From assembly GCF_006345805.1 (NCBI RefSeq), contig NC_043006.1:51212001-51276000 (forward strand): a DNA stretch of 64,000 nt, read 5' to 3'. Made by a program: the position numbers and the translations under genes. This DNA is from Octopus sinensis. Taxonomy: Eukaryota. Below the pieces are notes generated by a model. That model saw only the letters and a program-made list of their open reading frames with translations. It made no database searches and was not told the DNA's origin. Position 1 is the first letter of the stretch. Each line of letters opens with the position of its first letter. Shown piece after piece: positions 50,749 to 64,000 of this stretch.

Positions 50749-51483
50749 TTAAAAGGGCGCATTTATTTTTATTTATCCAAATTGGAATAGCTGATACTTA
50801 ACCTCATCCATTCCTGACTCACACACTTACAGTAGTACATTGAAATAAAACGCATGAAACAATGGGGGATAGTATGAATTAGAAATATGTAGAACAATTT
50901 TAACTAGCAGAGAAAGAAGAAAGAGGGAACCATGTTGGTTTACAATTGGTGAACAAAAGAAGTATAGAATTTTCATGTTAATGGGACAATAGGACAAGGC
51001 ATCATATGCTGCAAATATAAAGTTTTTCTATACAACGAACGTTGACGCATAATGCGGTGAAATTTTAGAAAATCTAAAACAGTGGTTTTTTGCATTTTTT
51101 TCTTTTTTGTAGCTCCCCCCTGTATATAAACAGAGTGGCAGTTTGTTTCTCTGAGATTAGTCAAGTAATATAGACAGTTCTGATAAGAACCCTATAAGTT
51201 TCGAAAATCAATGAAGGCTGTTCATAATTTTCAGACACATACGCGTGCGTGTGTGCCCATACGTATGTCTGTATGTGTGTGTGCGCGTGCGTGTGTATGT
51301 GTGTCAGTGGATATGGATGTTCTAGGTGCGCGACAAAGTTACCGTATTGTCGCATTTACAATTTGCCATCGTCGTTTACCTATTATTGATCGCAGAAACG
51401 TTCTTAACAGATGTAAAAAAAATACCAATTCCTGCTTCTCTCTCCCACCCGCTCTCACTCGCTATATATATATATCACCTTGA

Positions 51484-51835
51484 CCGATCAGTCCGTCGGG
51501 CATCTATTTGACACCGCTGGTCACAGCACGCTGTCCACTCCTCTCTGGATCGCGTCTTTCTCATCCACGTGATCCCAATCGTCCTCCTGAAATCGTAACT
51601 CCACCGTCGTGGAGGCCTTCCGGGTGGTCGTTTCCGCTCGCGCGGGTATCACTCGACAACTGCGCGGGTCCACCGATTATCGGTGAGCCGGGCGACGTGT
51701 CCAGCCCAACTAAACTTGCTGCGTGTATACTCTGCGATGACATCCCTCACGCCAGACTTCTTTCTGATGATCTCGCTACTGATGTGCTCTCTCAACGAGA
51801 TACCAAGCATTGACCTTTCCATGGCTCTTTGAACC
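51484..51835 (-). mobile_element. 5'-truncated RTE-1-like LINE 3' end, GC-rich and little decayed
   Basis: Translation MERSMLGISLREHISSEIIRKKSGVRDVI..KFSWAGHVARLTDNRWTRAVVE*YPRERKRPPGRPPRRW; sits between (TA)n tracts. Confidence 0.9.
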
Positions 51836-51855
51836 GTTATATATATATATATAAA

Positions 51856-52178
51856 CTGGCACTCCGTCGCTTACGACGACGATGGTTCCAGTTGATCTGA
51901 TCAACGGAACAGCCTGGTCGTGAAATTAATGTGCAAGTGGCTAAGCACTCCACAGGCACGCACACCTTCAACGTAGTTCTCAGGGAGGTTCAGCGTAACA
52001 TAAAGTGTAACAAGGCTGTCCCTTTGAAATACAGGTACTACTCATTTTCGACAGCTTAAAAAACTGGAGCAACGTGGAATAAAGTATCTTGCTCGAGGAC
52101 ACAACACGCTGTCTGGAATCGAACTCACGACATTTCGACCGTGAGTGAATATCCCTAACCACTAAGCCACGCGCCTTC
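51856..52178 (-). mobile_element. tRNA-derived SINE family C
   Basis: Full head (GGCTTAGTGGTTAGGG..GAGTTCGATTCC) to tail; an opposite-orientation copy lies at 52642-52962. Confidence 0.85.
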
Positions 52179-52641
52179 ACACACACACGCATAAGTGTGT
52201 GTGTGTGTGCGGGCGCGCGTGTAAGAGGAACTTAGTAATACACCCTTTAATCTCTTTCTCAAGGTAAAATTACTTCCAGATAACTGTGCTTCTGTAAAAA
52301 CTAAAATATGATATAGGAGTATTTTTTATTTCACATATATATGCATACATGTCCTAAATGTAACGCATCTAAATTCACCTGAATTAAAGAATATTATTTT
52401 TAAAATGTGTACGCAACATATAGTTAACAATAATGGTTTCAAATTTTGGAACAAGGCGGGGTAGGGGACCCCAGTATTCAACTGGTATTTATTTTATCGA
52501 CCCAGAAAATATGAAAGGCAAAGTCGGCCTTGGCGGAATTTGAACTCAGAACGTAAAGACGGATGAAATGCCGCTAAGCACTTTGCCCGTTGTGTTAACG
52601 ATTCTGCCTGTCCGCCGCCCTCATATAGTTAGCAAAGTGAA

Positions 52642-52962
52642 AGCGTGTGGCTTAGTGGTTAGGGGCATTCGGCTCATGATCGTAAGGTCGTGAGTTCAAT
52701 TCCCGGCAGCGCGTTGTGTCCTTGAGCAAGACACTTTATTTTACGTTGCTCCAGTCCACTCAACTGGCAATAAGGAGTAGTACCTGTATTTCAAAGGGCC
52801 AGCTTTGTCACACACTGTGTCACGCTGAATCTCCCCGAGAACTACGTTAAGGGTACATGTGTTTGTGGAGTGTCAGCCACTTACACGTTAATTTCACGAG
52901 CAAGCTGTTCCGTTGATCGTATCAGCTAGGACCGTCGTCGTCGCAACCGACGGAGTGTTCCA
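52642..52962 (+). mobile_element. tRNA-derived SINE family C
   Basis: TGGCTTAGTGGTTAGG A box, GAGTTCAATTCCC B box, tail CGTCGTCGCAACCGACGGAGTG. Confidence 0.85.
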
Positions 52963-53283
52963 ATAGTTAACAATAATAAAATTCACAAGTTGTGATATTA
53001 ATCTCCCTCAGAAGTGGGGAACTTGCGTACTTACGAAGGGCTGAGTGCAGCCTTCTGAAAAATAATTATATTGGAATATATTTTTTTTGTATTCAAATTT
53101 AATTAAAGTCTATCCTTTGAACTAGGAGAATGATGATGAGGGTGATCATGATTACGACTACGATCTAGATTCTGATGATGCTGATAATGATAATTATAGC
53201 AATGGTTATTAAAACGTTCTGGTATGTGTCAGGTACAGATAATAAATTGTTTGTCTGACACTGGGGACTGTCTCTGTTCGTTT

Positions 53284-53375
<92 letters not shown>

Positions 53376-54915
53376 TTGTTTTTGAAGGGTGTATAGGTGT
53401 GGGGAGAATACCACTATCCACAGATCTTGGCGTGTACTTTAATTTATCGATCTCAGAAATGCAAAGTTAACCTCAGCGGATTTTGAACTCAGAATTTTAA
53501 GAGCTGGAACAAATGTCCAAAGATCTAAACGAATCGGCCAGCTGGCCACTTTTAATTGCTTTAAACTTTAGTCACAAGGCCAGCACTTTAGATTAGAGGT
53601 GTTAGTCAATACCACGGACTACAGTGCTATACAGGTATTATATTTCATCAACTCACTGAGGGATGAACGGTCATGATGATCTCGATGGGATCTGAACTCA
53701 GCATGTAAAATACCAGAAAAAATCCTGCAAACCATTTTCCCAGCGCTCTTAACGATTCTGTCGGTTCACTGCTCTAGAAAATGAAATAATGTCATCTCTA
53801 TTTATTGATTAAACGTGGACGCCAAACGACAGCATTCTAAAAGTAAATTGCACCGAATGTGTTTCATCGCCGATTGGTCAGGAATGGGCATGTGATGTGC
53901 AAACATTAATAAGCCATAGTGAGCTGGGTTTTATTTTTGCATTGTTTTTAGCTCAGAATTTGGCGATGTGATGAAAGCCACTTCATGAGTTAATGTGACT
54001 TGAAAAACCAATTAGGACGTGGGGAACAATTCATGTGCTTTGTTGTTGACAACAATGAAATTACTCCTAAAGGATGTCAAAATAAAGCACTCCTAGTTAC
54101 ATTCACACGCACTGTTTTTAACATTGCTAATCGCTATTATGAAGGGTCACCGTATCAAATTAGTATGCACTAAAAAAAAAATATAAAAAAAGAAGGGAAA
54201 AGAAATTATCACATAAAGGGTTTTATTACAGCTCAAACTAAAGTTCTGATTCCAAATATCACTGGCGGTTTCTCGCAAACAACACTATGACATCATGTCA
54301 TCACAAAAATCATACCATTATAGCTTTAGCTGAGCTATACACAAAAAAATCAACGGAGAATCACAGTGTGTTGGCGAAAGATTTATTTAGTTACATTTAG
54401 TTAAACGCATGAGGGCGGGAGCCGTCGGTCATCTCGTGCTTCGAAGAAGTTTCGCCTCACCGGAAGTCCGCTTCACTGCAGACCAGCTCCCCAGCTATCT
54501 CGCACCGAAGTTCCTGTCTACAGTTCGTCCGTCCATAAGTCCTTGAGCAGTGCTTCACACCATCACAACCAGCACTGGATTAACCATTAAGCAAAATAAC
54601 CTTGTGCTTACGACATCAAGGGAAGGATGGTTTACGGCACTAAGTATAGATGCAGATGTGTTACCTAAGATTAATTTTGAAGCTCTGAACAAAGACTTTG
54701 TATTTAAAAAAAGTAGGAAGAAACTTTTCAAATATAAATAAAGTGAAAGTACACAAAAATAAACATTATTTTCCCTCTTACTGCTTTGTTTCGTTTTGAA
54801 AAATAAAAATGTATTTTATGATTTGTTATTGTTCATATTTTAAATTACATAATCTTTTATAGGGACACCAAAATCTTTTAAGTGCTTAGGGCCTCGATGG
54901 GCCTGATCACAACAC

Positions 54916-55460
54916 TACTCCAACACAAGCCAACGCCATCAAACACCGCAGTATTATCATAAATTTCGCCATCCCAATCTCACACCATTATATCTCTGCT
55001 ACAATTCAGTACGACGTAACACAACACTAAAATACCATCACAATACTACAACTCTACCATCACAACACGGCAATACCATTACAATACCATAACATTGTCA
55101 CAACACTATGCATCACGCATTTACAACTCTACAATATTACACCATCATAACTAAAACATCATCACAACATAACATCAATACAACGTCACACCATCACGGC
55201 ATCACAACACCATCACTATATCACTATACCGCCACGCTATTGCAATACCATCACAGTACTATTCCATTGCATCATCACAACATTATCACAACATTATAAC
55301 AAACTCCATTACTTTATCACATCATTGCAACGTTACCACAATTACACGATTATTACAACGCCATCATAACGCACCATCATATTGTTCCCATACCAACACA
55401 ACATACCACCAAGACTTCACACCATACCAAACCTTCACAGCACTAATACACCAGCATACT
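54916..55460. repeat. Degenerate CAT/CAC/CAA low-complexity tract, strongly G-poor on +
   Basis: Read directly from sequence. Confidence 0.85.
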
Positions 55461-55499
55461 ATTATAGAATCGCAGTTTCAGCATCAAAGAACAATATCT

Positions 55500-55905
55500 C
55501 TTGTCTACTCTAGGCACAAAGCCCGAAATTTTGGAGAGGGGCCCAGTCGATTAGATCGATCCTAGTACGTAACTGGTACTCAATCTATCGACCGCGAAAG
55601 GATGAAAGGCAAAGTCGACCTCTGAGGAATTTGAACTCAGAACGTAAAGGCAGACGAAATACCTATTTCTTTACTACCCACAAGGGGCCAAACACAGAGG
55701 GAACAAACAAGGACAGACAACTGGATCAAGTCGTTTATATCGACCCCGACCCCAGTGCGTAACTGGTACTTATTTAATCGACCCCGAAAGGATGAAAGGC
55801 AAAGTCGACCTCGGCGGAATTTGAACTCAGAACGTAACGACAGACGCAATACGGCTATGCATTTCGCCCGGCGTGCTAACGTCTCTACCAGCTCCCCGCC
55901 TTCAA
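55500..55905 (-). mobile_element. Composite SINE (Tx1-tailed SINE joined to the 3' part of family A)
   Basis: Junction AAAGAAATA|GGTATTTCGTCTG on - at ~55655-55672. Confidence 0.85.
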
Positions 55906-55967
55906 ATAGCAATATCTCTAATGGAACAATTAATCTAACATTCTCCTCCGCACATGATTTAGTCTAA

Positions 55968-55998
<31 letters not shown>

Positions 55999-56892
55999 TG
56001 TATGTATGTATGTATGTATGTATGTATGTATGTATGTGTGTGTGTGTGTGTGTGTGTCTATGTATGTATGTATGTATGTATGTATGTATGTATATATGCA
56101 TGCATGCATGTATGTATATATGGACTAGAAGCCATCTTGTTATTAATGAGTCACGGTTAAATACTTCATGTTTTTTTAATGAATCCCATCCGTCTTCCTC
56201 TTTTCTCTCTTGCTCTCTCCACTCCTCTCTTTATCTCGTCCTTTCCTGCCTGCTTCACTTCTTCCATACTTTCATACTGCCCTTCTTACCATCCTTCTAC
56301 CGATTCATTCTATTTTTCTTTATTTTCAACATTATTTATCTTTTTTTTTTCTTTAATTTCCTCTTTCTTTTCTTTTTTCTTTCTTTCCTTCTTTTTTTTA
56401 TCTTAACGCCATTGGTAAAGATGGCGGTAATCGTGGTGGTCATGTATAATTTATAATTCAGCTACAAGAAGATCAACAGCATCCGTGACCATGTACAGGT
56501 TTTCCATGACTGATGAGAGGAAGTTAACCTTTTGCCGCAGACTTCTCGCAAATGTAGGTTAACCAGATGTAGGGTAATTATCTAATTACACGAGCGAGAC
56601 GGGAAATTATCTCAGTTTATACATTCAGTCGCACACATACATACATCGTAGGTCTTTTATGTATGAGAATAAGAACTTATTGTCAGTGTACTTTGTTAAA
56701 TCATTTATCTTTTACTCGTTTCAGTCAGTGGTCTGCGGCCATCTTGGATCCCGCCTTAAAAGATTTTGTCAGACAAATCGACTCCAGTACTTATTCTTAA
56801 GACGTCGTATCAGTCTCTTTTGTCGACCCGCAAAAATTACGGGAATGTAAGCAAACGAACATCGGATGACAAGCGGTCTTGGAGAATGACCA

Positions 56893-56948
<56 letters not shown>

Positions 56949-57422
56949 TATAAGTGAAAATTGTATAAACAAACGACGTAACATATACTGAATGTAAAAA
57001 CGAACGGGAGACAAACAGAAGATCCGTAATTCTTCATCAGTTGTCGACTAACTCGTAATGTTCAGTCTCGCACCTTTAACGATAAGACCGAGTGCTTCCC
57101 GATTGGCGGTGCTCACAAGAAAAGTTTTCTTGCGGAGAATTAGGGACAAGAGCAAGCAAAACAAAACAAAACAGGCAAAATGACGCAGAGTGTGATTTAG
57201 GACAGTGGATTAGGACGAACAGTCGAACAAAATACGGCTTTGGGGCCAAGCAGACGAGAATAGTGGGTAACGCCTAGAGAATGTCTTGAAGGACGGAGAA
57301 CGGAGAGACAGAGAATTTCGGACTGGTCAGCTACGGGACCAGTGTAAGGAAGGAAGAAAAAAAAGGAACTGGCCGCTGGTTACATGACAGCAGTAGGCAG
57401 AGGTGAAAGACAGCAGGGAGAG

Positions 57423-57849
<427 letters not shown>

Positions 57850-59820
57850 GTGCATATATATGCATATATGTTCTAATATCTACACAGCCTTGGTTTTTTT
57901 AGCTCGTTACGCAAAAAATTCTTATATGCATATATATATATGTGTGTGTGTGTGGTGTGTGTGTGTGTGTGCGTGTGTATGTATATATATGTATGTATAT
58001 ATGTATATATATATATATATATATTCATATATATATATAGCGATTATATATATATATATATATATAATATATATATATATATATTCATATATATATAGCG
58101 AGAAAGATAGAGAGACAGTCAGACAGACGTAGGCATGACTGTACGCAACGATGTCATACCGGGTTTGGTTCCATTGCAAGACACCTTTGGCGAGTGTCTT
58201 CTACTATGGTCCAGGGTTGACCAATGCTTTGTGAGTGGATTCAGTAGACGAAAACTGTGCCAAAGCCCATGATCTATGTATGTGTGTGTGTTTGCGTGCG
58301 CACGCATCCGCCGCTTCACAAACGTCTGCCTAATTTCGTAACCCAGTTTTTCATTTCACAGTTGGTTAGGTTCATTTCACTCTCAGATGATGTATGTAGT
58401 TATTGTTGTCAGTCACAGTTGAATAGATCTACGAACGTAAATGTTCCACTCATGACTATTCCGTTTTATATTCAGATTCAGTACTTCTACTTTTATTATT
58501 CTTATTTCAAATCGTACTGAGGTCAGCTTTACCCTTCTTCTTTCGCAAGGTTAACAAATTAAAGTATCACTGAAGTACTGGGGTCGATTTAATATTCCTA
58601 TAATGCGTCCTAGAAGCGAATGAAATGTTAGAAGATAAGACAAGATAGTGGAGTATATTTCACTGCTATTTTTAGCAGGTCAAACATACACATAGCGTCT
58701 ACTCCTTTGGCACACCCAATTATATGATTAAATACTCTGGTAATAACACAAACGTTCACAACTTATTGTTCAGACTTGCTACAGCTCTAATGTCGATGGA
58801 AAGTGGGGGATAAACATCTGATGATAGAAATGATAATGATGGAGATGATGAAACTTCTGATGCGGTGGCGATAGAGATGATACTGATAATGATACTGATA
58901 TAGTCAAAACTCGGTTATCAGAAAAATCAGTTATCCAGACAAAATGCTCTCAATCTGTTTTGTTCAAGCCGTCGAAATTTAACTATATATCGACGTACTG
59001 TATACAGACATAGTACGCGCACATACGCACACACTTGCACACGTACGTATGCATATTGTTGAAAATTTGGAAGAAAGTACTTAGTGCGCTTATGATATCT
59101 CAGAAATCTGTTGTTGTTTTTTTTAATTTAAAATTATCAAACAAAAATTATCTGTTTAAAAACAGATTAACACAGACCTGATGGATGATATGAAGAAAAT
59201 TTTTGTGTAAGTGCTTTCAACCGCGATTGTCTCTTTAGACACCTGTCTAAACAAAATCTAATCTCTTTTTAAAGAATTCTTTAAATACAAAGACACATAC
59301 ACACACACAAGCAGACATGAGAGCTGTCGTTAGGACGTTCGTTCATAGTCACAGGTGTTTCGAGTTCAGTCCCAGTATGCGGCACTCTGGACAGGTGTCT
59401 TCTAGTTTGGCTTTATGACCAATGCCTTGCAAGTAAGTGTACGTGTTGCGTGCGTGCGTGCGTATTTCTTAGCGCTTGGCAGCGATGTAGATTTGGTCAT
59501 GTATCTGTAGTTTGGTAGTTCGGAAAAAAGAAAGCGATAGAGTAAGTCCCAGAACTGGGGACGATTTTATCGACTAAAAAGCTCTTTAAAGCGGTGCTCC
59601 TGCATGACCATGGTCTAATAATTGACACAAGTAAAAGAAGAAATGAATAGGTGCAGGAGTGGCTGTGTAGTAAGAAGCTTGCTTCCCAAACACATGGTTC
59701 CGAGTTCAGTTACACTGCGTGGCACATTGGGCAAGAGCCTCGGGCCGACCAAAGCCTTGTGCGTGGATTTGGTAGACGAAAACTGAAAGAAACTCGTCGT
59801 ATATAAATATATATTAATTA

Positions 59821-60531
59821 CATGGAAAAATGTGAGCGTGAAAAATCATATTCTTAAAATTATAAACCTGGAAATGTACAGGACAAATTATTACGCATGT
59901 AAAAGTATAGGATAAGCTATTACTTCTAGTAAAGTAAAGAATAAGAAACTTTTTACTTAAAATATTGCAGCAAAGAATGCCAGCTCTTCTAATTAATCAT
60001 TCTTTACAGTTCCCATCTTTTAAATTTATTGTACAAAATTGTTCAGGTAATGTGTAAGTTTGTCTAATTAGTCACTTTTTTCTGTATTTAAGTTAGCCAA
60101 ATTCTACTTAAATAAGTATAGTGTTATTTGTAAACTATAATAAAATAATTTATAATATTCAAATTTTAATTTTAGCTGCAATATTTTAAGAAAAAAGTGT
60201 CTTATTCTTTTCGTTTTTGGATTTGGTTTGCAAGGTTCTTTATATGAGTTCGTATGTTGAAGCATATTCTGTTGTGTCTGGGGAGAGTCATTTTCTTTTT
60301 GCGCCTTATAATGTAACACACTCACCGGTAAAATTTCCACTTATTTCTTTATTTTATTTTCCTAAAATTTTCATTGCACCTGGCAACCTTTTCAATAGTC
60401 TTGACTCTTATTCTTTACTTTACTAGAAGTAATAACTAGTCCTATACTTTTACAGGTGTAATAACTTGCCCTGTACTTTTCCAGGTTTATAATTTTAAGA
60501 ATATGACTTTTCATGCTCGCATTTTACCATG
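59821..60531. mobile_element. 711-bp non-autonomous DNA transposon with 126-bp TIRs
   Basis: 59821-59946 is the reverse complement of 60406-60531 (termini CATGG..CCATG); TA on both sides. Confidence 0.85.
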
Positions 60532-61059
60532 TAATCCATTTTTCCAGGCATTGCTGCTATAAGATAATTAATAATGTGTCAGTTAATAATTTAAGATTTT
60601 ACCTTATAAAATACTGAAAGATAATATTTCAATTTTTCCATGTAAGTGATGATAATATTTCAATTTTTTGTGTGTTTAATTTAAATATATGTTGTGATTG
60701 AATTATTTAATATTACCCATCCACACCAAATTAATGGCAGGGATTTTTTACCATGTTGTTGGTTGTACCATGGCTCACCATAAGTTACAAACAAGATCCC
60801 AGAACCATCAGTTACCAGGATCACCTTAAGTAACTTAATTAGGAGCTCAGGGTACTTGATACCACGCAAAAAAATCAAATTCTTTTTCTTAGTGAAAATC
60901 GTGCGAATGTTAATATAGAAATTGACCATAATGTTGTTGTTATTTAGCCTCAAATAAACCCTGATACTGCAGACGTATCATCAAAGACATTCCAGCCTTC
61001 AGCAAACCGTCCTTTTAGGGATAATCTAGGACAATACATACAATGGGCGTGTGATTTAA

Positions 61060-61452
61060 GTAGGTGGATACACAACTTAGGGTCCATGGAGTGTCATGGG
61101 GCAAAACAATTTTCAACTTCTTTCCTCAGTTTCCAACTTCTTGTTCTCTAAACAACTTGTTCGACCGTCCCATAGGCCTCCCCTTTGAGAAACACTGATT
61201 TAACCTAATTTTGAGACACCAGCAAAAGAAGAAATAAAGATAGACTTTTTTCTATTCCAAAGAAAAACGATTTCCTACGGCTTTATCGATCGCATTCTCA
61301 CCTGGAATCGATTTTTGTAATTTTTTCAAGACTTATACACGCCCTGACGCCGTCGGTATCTACATATCAAATTTGAGCGCAATCGGATAGAGGATGCCCG
61401 AGATCCTAGAAGACACACACACAGACGGACAGAACGGATTTTATATAATATA
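61060..61452 (-). mobile_element. Helitron-like non-autonomous fragments
   Basis: On -, a TATATAAAATCCGTTCTGTCCGTCTG(TG)n start typical of Helitron-derived 5' ends; 61075-61130 resembles the interior of the 45050 Helitron. Confidence 0.5.
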
Positions 61453-61643
61453 TATGGGGAGAATTCACACACAAAAAAGACGAAGACGGTTGGTGTAGAC
61501 AACAAACAGATGTATTAGTATTACGCTCGGGAAGTAAAAAAGTCTTTAACATTTCGAGCCTACGCTCTTCCACAGAAAGGAACACAGAAAGAAACAAGGA
61601 GAGAAAATAAAGAATGTGTAGGGGCTAGCGATCTATATGCATG

Positions 61644-61674
<31 letters not shown>

Positions 61675-61752
61675 ATGAATATATATACATCTGTATGTAT
61701 ATATATATATATGCATGTATAATATATGTATATATATGTGTATATATATGTA

Positions 61753-63025
61753 CGAGGGGCGTTCAATAAGTAATGCCCCTGACCCACTTCCCATAGCAGT
61801 AGAGCAACGAAACTTGGCACAGTTATTAGTCTTTTTCTACATAGGAACCACCCAGAGTTACGCATTTCTCCCATTGTTTGATGCAGCTCTGGAGACCGTT
61901 TTTGTAGAAGACCTCAGCTTGGTCCTCCAACCACGACGTGACTTCAGAAATCAAGGCTGCATCATCTGGGAAACGCTTTCCTTTCAAAAACAACTTCATG
62001 GCTGGGAAGAGGTGAAAATCAGAGGGTGAAAGGTCAGGAGAGTGGGGAGGATGGGGGAGGAGTTCATAGCCGCACGCCTGTGCTTCTGATCTGATCTGGC
62101 GTTGTCCTGCAGGAGGAGGATGCCTTTGTTGATCTTGCCCCGCCTCTTGATTTTGATAGCTTCTCTTAATTTCCTCAAAAGTTAAGCATAATAGGCTCCT
62201 GTAATTGTGGTACCCTTTGCCAGGAAATCTGTCATCACTACTCCGTTCTGATCCCAGAAGACTGTGAGTATGACCTTGCCAGCGGAGAGCTGCACCCTTA
62301 CCTTCTTTGGAGGAGGTGAGTCACGGTGCTTCCACTGCATTGACTGGGCTTTGGTCTCTGGGTCATAGTGATGGACCCAGGTTTCATCCTGTGTAATCAG
62401 TCTTTTGAAAAATTTTGACTCATCTTCTTGGCACATCTCCAAATTCATCCTCCAGCACTCGACGCGTTCTTGCTTCTGGAAAGGTGTGAGCAACCTGGGA
62501 ATCCATCTGGCAGACACCTTTTGCATATGCAAATGGTCATGAATGATAGTTTCCACAGACCCGATACTAATCTTGACCTCATGGGCTATTTGGCGAATAG
62601 TTATGCGTCGATCTTCCAAAATGGCAGCCTCAACTTGACAAACAAATGCCTCATCAATGGCAGAAGGGGGCGACCAGATCTGGGAGCTGTTTCTACAGAG
62701 TTCCGACCATGTTTGAATTCACGATGCCAGCGTTTTACAGGGTCATATGATGGGGCATCATCACCATAAGTTACTTTCATTTCATCAAAAGTCTCCCGTG
62801 GTGTGTGTCCTTTCAAATACAAAAACCGGATCACTGTTCGACACTCAACAGGCTCCATTTCACACTTGACTCAGTTCAAACACCTATGAATCAGAAACCA
62901 CAATTAGTTCAGAGCTGTAATTTTCCACCTAATCTATAGAGATATAAATAATTGCACATGCAATATTTCAGCTAGATCAAACAACTGCAAGTGGGTCAGA
63001 GGCATTACTTATTGAACGTCCCTCG
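61753..63025 (-). mobile_element. Near full-length mariner (1273 bp, irritans/Himar1-like); transposase pseudogene 62858..61826
   Basis: 37-bp TIRs with 2 mismatches; TA duplication (61751-52, 63026-27); MEPVECRTVIRFL, WIPRLL, DETW, QDNAR, SPDLSPSD; one frameshift, one in-frame stop (62182-84) and a small deletion. Confidence 0.96.
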
Positions 63026-63147
63026 TATATATATATATAGCATGTATAATGTGTGTATATATGTGTACATATATATGTATGTATATGCATATATGTAGAT
63101 GCATATATATAGATGTATATATATATAGATTTATATGCATATATATG

Positions 63148-63188
<41 letters not shown>

Positions 63189-63409
63189 GTATATACATAT
63201 ATATATAATATATGTATATAATGCATATATACATTATATATATATACATATATATGTGTGTATAGTGTATATATATATATATATGTATACACGTATATAT
63301 ATATGTATCTATACATATATATATATATATATATGTGCATATATGTAATATGTATATATGCATATGTATATATACATATATATGTGTGTATATAGTTATA
63401 TGCATATGT

Positions 63410-63465
<56 letters not shown>

Positions 63466-63783
63466 ATATATATATACATGTGTATTGATATTTGTATATG
63501 TATATATATATATGTATGTATAATTGTATGCATGTATGTTTATACATGTATATATATATATATATATATATGGAAAAAAAGTCAAGATAGAAAATGCTAA
63601 ACTAATTTATGAAAAACATTTCAGTACCGGTTCAGTCATTGAGACTTTTTCACCTGTAACAATTAGATAATTAAATTAGAAAAATTAAAAAAAAAGTTTT
63701 TTTAAAAGAATTTTGGATAGTGCTCAAATACAAGTGGCATTTTCCTTGTTTCTGCTGTCTCTGTCTCTCTTGTTTACTCTTGT

Positions 63784-63835
<52 letters not shown>

Positions 63836-64000
63836 CTATATATATATATATATATCTATTTATATATATACATATAGTATGTATTACATTTCCATGTAGT
63901 ATGTATGTATGTATGTATGTATGTATGTATGTATTGTATGTATGCATGCATGCATGTATGTATATATGAGTGTATGTACGTACCTATGTATATATATATG
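63026..64000. repeat. Extended (TA)n/(TATG)n low-complexity region
   Basis: Read directly from sequence; explains the spurious Y/I/C-rich ORFs. Confidence 0.9.

Noticed and set aside
56285-56292. ATG|GTAAGA on -
   Set aside because: Embedded in CT-rich low-complexity sequence; expected by chance.
57001-57420. CpG-richer, purine-rich stretch with one reverse CCAAT
   Set aside because: No recognisable ORF, splice pattern or repeat match; too little to call.
62977-63600. Long Y/I/C/V-rich ORFs (also 43799..44242, 55974..56456, 50061..50390)
   Set aside because: Products of stop-free microsatellite frames.

Overview
AT-rich, microsatellite-dense animal genomic DNA. The SINE/LINE repertoire points to an octopus (coleoid cephalopod); this is inference from repeat recognition, not a database hit. 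The only host genes I can support are two convergently transcribed alpha-tubulin paralogues of 450 aa each, differing at about 14 residues. TUBA-A is on + as join(7201..7203,16207..16429,16543..17669). TUBA-B is on - with exons 31987..32209 and 30759..31885. TUBA-B appears to have at least two paralogous first exons that each contribute only the ATG (36294..36296 and 43504..43506), and possibly a third CpG/ETS-type one (54316..54318). The three well-supported first exons share a 31-33 nt 5'UTR stem-loop with compensatory base changes. The rest is a nested transposon landscape: Tx1/L1, RTE and CRE-type LINE fossils, mariners and MITEs, Helitrons, Penelope-like relics and several tRNA-derived SINE families. 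Highlights: the ATG-only first-exon system with its covarying RNA hairpin; a 143-bp palindrome of two head-to-head hammerhead motifs that differ only at the cleavage nucleotide; an ORF1-only (HAL1-like) retroelement; a Helitron carrying a LINE ORF1 fragment; and a SINE that repeatedly inserts at one position inside other SINEs. Repeat boundaries were read by eye and are approximate unless a TSD/TIR is quoted.
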